NCBI GenBank assembly: GCA_030141605.1 | Contig: JAQGDQ010000044.1 | Location: 682,001-746,000, forward strand | DNA length: 64,000 bases | Reading direction: 5' to 3' | Source of the DNA: Tubiluchus corallicola | Taxonomy: Eukaryota; Animalia; Priapulida | Part shown: positions 55,300 to 64,000 of the stretch, one piece after another | Position numbering within the stretch: position 1 is the stretch's first letter | Layout of the letters: every line of letters begins with the position of its first letter | The notes under the pieces: generated by a model | The model's input: only the letters and a program-made list of their open reading frames with translations | The model's database searches: none | Told to the model about the DNA's origin: nothing | Translations under genes and position numbers: made by a program

Positions 55300-57899
55300 A
55301 CTTTTAAAACAGCAATCCGTTTTCAAAACACAAAAATTAAAAACAAAATCACAATTATTGTACATTAAGTTGTTTGTCTTTAAAACATTTGAAAGATCAC
55401 GTTTCGTAAACAACAACACTGCGCATTACAGTCAAACTACACTGAATTAAACTAGACGCATCGACGCATGCACACTGCCATCTGTTTGAATACGTAATTT
55501 CGCGTGCAATTTAGATTTTGTTTTGGAAGATTTTGCAAAAAAAGTTTCTAAAATATTGCTAAATTAAACGCCTCTGGGTCTGTTTTTGCCAGCGCAGACT
55601 CAAGGTCTTAAAATGGCTGGCTTAAAATGTGACTAGGACAAGAACAAACTAATTGGCAAAACTTGAAAAGGTTGGGCAACTAAACTTACACAGCTTATAA
55701 CACTCAAGGGAAATAAAAATTTTGGAGGGATGCTCGGTGACCTATGGTGGGTCAGTCAGGGTGGTAGTTGTTGGCTGCTTAAACTACAGGTGTTTGAAAC
55801 TGAGTTACATAATAAAGTGTGTAGAGATTTAATACACGCCTCTAAATTGGTCACTCCAAGTGAGTGGGCGCGGCTGACAGAAGCCAAAATGTAAAATAAG
55901 GAGTCACAGGTTCGATGACCTGTTAAGAAATTACCAGCAGCCAAATTTTTGTTTTACAAAGTAGATACCTGAGGGCATTCTTATAGTAAACAGAGATTCT
56001 ATCGAATAACGTTTAGAATTCAATAAGTAATTAAACAATGTTCAAGTCAGTTGACGGAGAAAGAAAAAACTTCAGAGACATTATACTGGGAGCCGACTAG
56101 GGCACAGATCCTAAATTTTAGACTAAGCTTTTCAACATGTCTGTGAGCAGAATCCGCCAGTCTTATTTAAACGAACCAACTGAGATTGCACCAGCAAATG
56201 GTGCATTATTACATATGTACCAGCGAAATTACATGTTCTCTTAGCAGAATTAGCCAGTTTTATTTAAAAGAACCAACCGAAATGCACCGACAAATTTGCA
56301 AAACATGCCGACACAAGAAAATGGGTTAACAGAAAAGACATTTTTGACGTAAGCATACAGCTCGAAGACTTTGGGAGTCTGGAAAAGAGTTTCATAACCT
56401 ATATTGGATAACTTATAAATCATATTCCTGGTGGCAATTGCCCGAAATGATACGTTGACGGTCGGTAATTTGGACAATACAAACGTCAAATATAATAAAA
56501 ATGAAGTGGATAAATACATCAAAGTTTTATGGAGTAGAAAAATACAACATGTAAACCAGTAGACCGGTAATCCGCAAGAGATAATTCCTGTGTGGCTTAG
56601 AAAATAATGACATTCGGACCATTTACAGAAAGAGAGACACTAATGTATATAGATATTGTAAAAGAACTAACCCAAAATGATCTTATAGTAAACTGATTAT
56701 ACAGGATACTGTGTTATATACGAATGACATTAGCTTAACATTATTTATGTATGTAGAAGCTACAACATATACTATTTGTACATACAGTATAACATGTATA
56801 AACAATGTACGCAATTATTAGATATATAATTAGAATTAATAAATCATAATGCAGTATTGTTAGCTTGTTTAGTAAGAAATTGTAACTGTGAAGAATTTAA
56901 TGTAAAAATTTATTCAATGTACATAATGTAAAGATTCATTTAACATTTTTGTACTTATGTGCCCTGCAAATAGCGGGCTTATTGTATCATTTTCAATAAA
57001 GATTTTTAATAATAATAATAATAACAATAATAATAATTCCTGGTGGGGGACACTTTCAGCAGGTCAACCAGCAACTTTTAGTTTGTGATTAAAAGTCAAA
57101 GGCCAATTCGCAAAATTACATCTCAAACACTAGAGGAATAAAGTTCAAAACTTAATAGTATTAAGCAACAGATTAGTGTGAGGACAGATTATAGAAGGAA
57201 TCCCCGGCAGCACTGAATGTGTGATTGAGTTCAAAAGCTAATTTCTCAACTGACAAATAGCTTAAACAGTAACGAAAACTCAACATGTGGAATAAAAGCA
57301 AGCCAATTAATAAGTAAATTGACGCGACGAAAATGTTAACGCCCTTCACTTGCAAGCCTTTGAGTTTCGTACAGTCTATCTGTGACGCTGCAGGACAGTG
57401 TCTTGCAACCCAGATCTATTTACTTCATTATTACCTGAACAAAATGTCGCAGGTTGTATTTAAGTACAGTGATCGGAAACATGCATTGCCGAATTTTGAT
57501 GATTAATCGCTAAAATAATTTTTGCTTGAATTAACGACTATGAATCCACTATGAGCTCATTGATTTGCCCTCACTGCCCCAAGTTTTTTTTAAATCAATT
57601 TGTGAAACGCAATGCTTCCTCGCTTTCCAGGTGCTAAACTCTGACCGTATAACAGACGTACAAACAAAGTCTTTTTCAACATTTTATTCGCGAAATATCA
57701 CAATTACAACTTACGGGCAAAGGCTCGTGTTGCACAAGCTAAAGTTTTTAATCCTTTGGAGCTTAACGACACCACATTATTCAAAACTTAATAATGTTAT
57801 TGAGCGCATAGCTGTGTTGTTTGAATACAATAGTATAGCACTATTACTCTTCCCTCCATTTTGCAAAAAAATCTTTGAGAGGCACAATAAATGCAAGTT

Positions 57900-58455
57900 T
57901 AAAGCAGCGCAGAAAACATTTTTTAAATTTAAGCTCAAATGAGTCTGCTGTAATTGGCGTAAATTTAGCGTAAAATTGCTGAGATACATAATTACGGCAC
58001 ACGTTATAGACTGAACTATCACTACATACAGTGCAACACTAATGTTAGAAAATTTTCTATTAAATACAATGGAATTCAATTGCTCCAGCTATTAAAAATG
58101 CCAACTCGCTGCCCATATTTAAAAAAATTTATAAATTAAACTTACTTGAAACGTATAACTGATCACTCAATCATGATTTGTTGTTTTTCATTTTCAAAAA
58201 CTTCCCCTCTAGTATAATAATATTTTTATTACTTCCCACCCGTATTTATATTTGTATATATTGTAATATTGTATCTGTATATATTGTAATTTTTTCGTAA
58301 CTAATTCTAGTGGCCTACCATAAGCTAGCTTCTTAGGTCTCTAGCGCAGAATTCATGAATTGTATCATAAGTTTGTATTAACAAAAACTGATTATCGATG
58401 CACATGTAATGTATATGTATATGTTTATTGCGAAATAAATCTATTAAATCTAAAA
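57900..58455 (+). mobile_element. CR1/L2 LINE 3' remnant
   Basis: HNYGTR...RKFSIKY and WNSIAPAIKNANSLPIFKKIYKLNLL motifs; ends AATAAATCTATTAAATCTAAA. Confidence 0.65.
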
Positions 58456-59043
58456 AAAATCTGACCAGTTGCATTTTATCTGTGTTTTATCACATACGCG
58501 TGTGCATTGTTAAGTACGTATGAGATACCCGTGACGACCGCCAAAACGAACACAGCTTGTTTCACCTGCACAAAGCTTTTCATTATGGCATGGTATTTTA
58601 AATATGGTCTGGTTATCAGTAATATCTACATTTGGCACCCAATCATGTGTTTCGTTCAGTCAGTGCTGCTTTAAATCTAGGAAGCCACAACAACAACGGA
58701 GCAATAATCATTTAACTAACCGAAGTCTAATACATTCTGAAATGTAGCAGTTTAACTGCTGCCAGCGTTTAACCTTTTCCAAACTTAAATCATTTAATCC
58801 AGGCCATTATCCCGGGCCACAAATTTCCATCTTTATTGCTCGCCGCATAATAACCGCCTAACACCTCACGACAATTTATGTAAAATATAAGCCGGTGCCG
58901 ACATTTCCGTTTGTGAGCACTATGCTGTGTTTTGTTGCTATGCTGTAATGGCTGATGCAGTCTGTTCAGCTTGAGAAGGGGGATTGGGGAGCAGTGAAAG
59001 ACAGAGACAGAGAAAGAGACGGAGAGACGGAGAGGTAGAGAGA

Positions 59044-59234
<191 letters not shown>

Positions 59235-59318
59235 AAAGCAGATATACCATTTTGTTTTCACAATAACACGTATAAAATAGACTAAACATGACCCATAAGT
59301 CCGAAGCGGTGTTTTATC

Positions 59319-59595
59319 CAGTGCCGTATTCACACTTGGTGAGGATATAAGCACTATATAAGGCTCTGAGGCCCTCTTTTTTTAAATTTCGCCAATTGGT
59401 CCCAGAAAACTTGAAAATATGCGTGGCTTAATTATTTATAGCAAAGAGAACAATACACTTGACTAAAACATTACTAAATTATTACTTAAATATAAAAATG
59501 GGTATAAAACCCAATCTGGAACCTTGTTGAGGCCCCATGTAGATTGTGAGGCCCTAAGCTGTCGCTTACTCAGCTGATACCTAAACCCGGCGCAG
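59319..59595. mobile_element. hAT-type MITE with perfect 8-bp TSD
   Basis: GTTTTATC at 59311-59318 and 59596-59603; termini CAGTGCCG / CCGGCGCAG; internal GAGGCCC motifs as in the 32555-33217 element. Confidence 0.75.
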
Positions 59596-61996
59596 GTTTT
59601 ATCTTAGTCAGGCAAGTGATTAGTACGCATTCAACAAACGTGGGTGAATGCTAAGTTTGATCCCCTTGTGTTACATAACAGGAAATAAAAGTTTTGCTTA
59701 TGAAATTTTTACAAATTACAGCAGGGTTCCAGAATTGGTCAGCTTCGACTTTAGAGGTCAAACAGATCATTCGGGAGGTCTAAAGTAGGTTTAAAAGAGG
59801 GTCGAAAACTGACATTCGTATAGAAAATAAAAATACATAAAATACTAAGATAAAATATAATTTGTTTATACATTAATGCCTAACTCATATATAATCATAA
59901 TTCATAAGTCTTGATTATCTATTTATTTTATATTCAGTTTGCTAGTACACAATGATATCCATATTATGTTGTTATTATTATGGTAATAATTTATGATTAA
60001 TTGGAACCAAAAGGCAATGGACCGTTATAGTACCAATGTTTCTATATTTGGATAAATTGACTTACATTTTCTTTCCCTTTATCGTGTTCTATTATTTAAA
60101 AGACTCGATGTAATCATCATCAACACTGAAATCTTTTGATATTTGAAATTTTTTTAGTTCATTTTACTTCAAAACTGGGTTGTGGCAACGTTAGATAGAG
60201 TGTCCCGGGCTTCCTAGTTACTTCATTTCCTGTCCTATTCACTTACGTCATTTCCTAGTTACGTCACTTCCTGTCCTACTCACTTACGCCAGATTTCATG
60301 AGGAGGTCGGTGGTTTAAAGAGTTTGGTTTTCTAAACTACAGGCTGCCAGTGAGTTGACTATTTCAAATACATCGCTTTATATGAAGTCAGATGTCATTT
60401 GAAGATCACTGATGACAATTGGATATATTCACAAAATTAGCAGCAAGCTTGTAAAAAATTCTCAAGAATTATGAAAAAAAATTTGGTCTATCATCCAGCA
60501 TGGAAGCAGGCATGCGCTATTTTTCTTGCGCTTGTAGTATTAGTCAGTCCAACACTCGCATTTGTATTAGGATTCATAATGATGAAATTTGAGAAAAGCA
60601 ATATATGTAAAGTACACACAAATGAAACTTTGATGAAAATGCTGATAGGAGTAATATTATATGAAAGTCTAACGTCCGCGAGTCTACTTAGGGACACCCA
60701 ATTGCCCTTGGACAGTTTCATAAAGCAAAATATATCGTTTAACTGCAGGCAGCGGTTTTACGCATTATTAACTTTCTCCTCCTTCTCTGCTTTCTCCTCT
60801 TCTTCTGTGTCTCTTTTAAGGGCGTATAAACATAGTCAAACTCCAAGTGTTCAGCAGAACTCGGGAAACTTTTGATTGGCCCCTAAAGTGGTATTTTTGT
60901 ACGGTAATTTAGTTATTTGCTCAAAATATACAGAAAAATTTACGCACGAAAAGAACATACGTACAAAACATATTCTGTATCTAAGTCAACATTTTTATTA
61001 CGCTAGGTCTAACAACAGACAGCGAGTGCAAGTCTCCCCTTGGTGCTGCGGGCTGCCGTATCGGCTTTTAGTTATCCATATGCAACGGAATATTTTTCTG
61101 TTTCAAGACAAGTTTATACAGTTTCAAGACAAACTTTTATTGCTTGGAAACAGTTTGTACTTTGGAAGTTTAGAAGTGGGACTTTGCTTGCTTTGTTAAA
61201 TTTAAGTTTGTTCTGAAATTAAATGTTTGTAGTGGATTAGCGTGCCCTCGTAAGACAAGGACAACATTTATTTGCTGTCGCTTGTTTAATAGACAACACT
61301 TGCACTAACAGTTATTTAGCGGCTTATACTTAAAACAATATGGATAAGGACACTTAAACACGAATATGTAGGGTATGTGCCCTGACATTGGTAGCCGGTA
61401 GTCTCGAACTCAAGACTGCATGTCCGAAATCTAGACCAGTCGGCCAACCAACCCAAGACAATGCTGCTACGTCAATTATTACTTCGGGTCTTCCTTAAAT
61501 TTTTTCCAACTTCTAATTTCTGAACACTCCGTTCAAGACTAGAATAATCTCCTCTCGATAAGAAGTTGACCAACAAGCACTTTCCACGATTTTTCGGGCG
61601 CCATAATTCAGTAAGCTCGCAAGACCATAAAAAACTTTTAGCGTCAAGTTTCAGCTTCTGTTTGCAAACAATATTATTTCTGAAAAATTGTATTCATCTT
61701 ATTTAATCTTGCATAATCCTCGACAAATTTCGTTGAGCCACTTCATAAAATAATCCTTGCTAAATCCGCCGATATTCTTTCACGGCGATCAACAGCAATC
61801 TTTCTGTCGTCATTAGTGGGTTCTTACTGCACAATAACTTTTTCATAGCGGATTATCAGAATGAATGTGATTGGAGCTTCCTCTGATTAGCAAAGGGAAG
61901 TCTTCCATTCTTTATGAGTGTTTGTTGTCGTGCAATCATTGACTACTGCAGAGATTATGCAAAGAAAACTTAGCCTGGTGGATAAGAGTAGAATTT

Positions 61997-62372
61997 ATCA
62001 TCATCATCATCATCATCATCTACATCATCATCATCATCATCACCATCACCATCATCATCATCATCATCACCATCATTGTCATCGTCACCATCGTCGTCGT
62101 CATCGTCGTTTTCATCATCATCATCAACAACATCACCATCATCATTACATCGTCGTCGTCATCGTCGTTTTCATTATCATTATCATTGTCGTCGTCGTCG
62201 TCATCATCATCATCATCCTCATCACCATTATCGTCATGATCATGATCATGATGATGATCATCATCACCATCATTGTCATCGTCATCATCGTCGTCGTCAT
62301 CGTCGTTTTCATCATCATCATCGTCATCATCATCATCATCAACATCACCATCACCATTACATCGTCATCGTT
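61997..62372. repeat. (CAT/CGT)n degenerate microsatellite
   Basis: Directly visible; explains the poly-H/S/I ORFs. Confidence 0.93.
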
Positions 62373-64000
62373 ATTTCGCGTCGTCACTATTGTTTTCGTC
62401 ACTTCTCAGAACATTATTCCCCTATAGTTATAATATTGCTATAATACGCAAAACCGTCTTACAACAACTATACCTCCTTCATTCTTTTTTCATCCTTCAA
62501 ACATCAACATCACTCACCAATGTTTTCATCGTCGTCGTCGTCGTCGGTAGCTCATTGTCGATGTCATCTGTTCTTGTTATCATTGCCAGTAACTTTGTCT
62601 GTTTTTAATCTACCCTTTGCTAGTTTGGTTTTGTTTTATGACGCAGATTTGCACGTTTATAGAAATACAATCTAGACGAGCGCATCCCTTCTCATTAAAT
62701 GCAACACTTAGAGAGAAATGTGCTGGTAAATTGTTTCTAAACAACCCTAATTGTTGAGTTGAACAAACATTAAAAGCCTTGTAGGTAAAGGCGAAATTAC
62801 TTGCATTTGCACAATTATTTTAACATACAAACTACATGTATTTTTACAAGCAAATGAAAAAAAATTGTAATCAAATCTTATCTCTGGCCTTCAGGTGTGA
62901 AAATAAATTGATAAAGTGGGTGTTATGGTGGCCATAAGAACGGAAGAAACGTGATAATGGTAAAGGTACTTTCACATGCATACAGAATGTGCTGCGATGA
63001 TGTCGATCGGGCAGACGATTATTCACTTGTTTCGTTGGAAGTACATTCCGTAAAAATATGAAAGCACCTTTAGTTATTATATAGTCAGAAATTTATTTTA
63101 TCGTAAAAATAAGCTTCGATGAGATTGCTGTATTACAAAGAAAGTTCTTAGAAAACAAAAATATTGCCGCATGAAATAAATGTAATATCGCGCAACAAAA
63201 CAAAGTTGCCAACGAAAGTGTTTTAAATAATTATCTGATAAAAGTAAACAAGTTACTATTGGATGAAGCTTGAAATATTGTCTAAAACAAATACTAGGCA
63301 TCATTTCGAATTTCGAATAATGCTGGAAAAATATGCAGGTCACGACAAGTGATCGTCACAACAGAATGTGCTTTTTCTGTTTTTTTTTCACTGAAAACTC
63401 AACAGTTATTTTAATTAGAATAAAACGATAATAGTCTTTAAAAACAAATTACCAAAAAGCTCCCTTCGCTTGTAAGCCTATAATTTCTCCAATGGGCTTT
63501 CTTGATTTTTTTCGGTGAATTTTTTCAACCAATCACCATTCTTACTGGGTAATGAGCTTGAGCTCTTACAAATTAGAAAAGTTTCACAAGAGTTCACTGC
63601 TGTACCTGAAGATTATAGTCCCTATACGACGTCCTCATAACATTAATTTTAAATACGTAATTGTTAAATTATTATTTAAAGATAGTCACGTGTGTCTCTT
63701 CTTTCCCATTATTGAACATTATTTTATTATAAACTAACACATTCGTACAATAATTCAATTTTCATTCGTCTTAAATGCAAAATTTGATAATTTTTAATTA
63801 CCTGGTACATGCGCATTAACTAATTAATTATATTAGTAACAATTCTTACCTATGTTAGGGTGCAATGAACAATTCACCTTACAATAAGGCTACAGATGAA
63901 TCTGCCATTGGCTCTATTTTAGTGTTTAAAATGAATGATTACCGTTAGAAGTGTGCATACTTACTTGCAAATAAACTATTGACTAGATTAAAAGGTAAAC

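Noticed and set aside
55600-57035. Possible degenerate retroelement body ending in AATAAA plus (AAT)n
   Set aside because: I could not read any diagnostic protein motif, so it is left unannotated.
60471-61199. 134-aa and 107-aa ORFs with hydrophobic stretches
   Set aside because: They have no recognisable domain or splice support and are probably chance ORFs in repeat-derived DNA.
61918-62608. His/Ser/Ile-rich ORFs
   Set aside because: They are translations of a (CAT)n microsatellite.

Overview
This is AT-rich animal (invertebrate-type) nuclear DNA with GT-AG spliceosomal introns, many microsatellites and many transposon remnants. Most short ORFs in the track are spurious. By manual exon joining I can support four things. 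(1) A tRNA-Ile(AAT) gene. (2) A Ly6/uPAR three-finger protein with three coding exons, a likely GPI anchor and LYPD6-like 12-Cys spacing (+ strand, 16438-18903). (3) A convergent type I membrane protein with four coding exons (- strand, 26807-20633). It has a small scorpion-toxin/defensin-like (CSalpha-beta-spaced) Cys ectodomain and a PPxY/LPxY tail, and its stop codon sits inside a 66-bp tandem array. (4) Two tandem, intact but diverged TM3-TM7 exon pairs of a SIFamide/NPFF-receptor-like GPCR (- strand, 31777-33670 and 37512-38641). I found no TM1-TM2 exon between the pairs or elsewhere in the window, which suggests alternative 3' cassettes sharing a distant 5' exon. The rest is LINE fragments (one long intact RT ORF), hAT- and Kolobok-like MITEs, a foldback repeat, tRNA-derived SINEs and simple repeats. 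All family assignments come from motif recognition by eye, not database searches.
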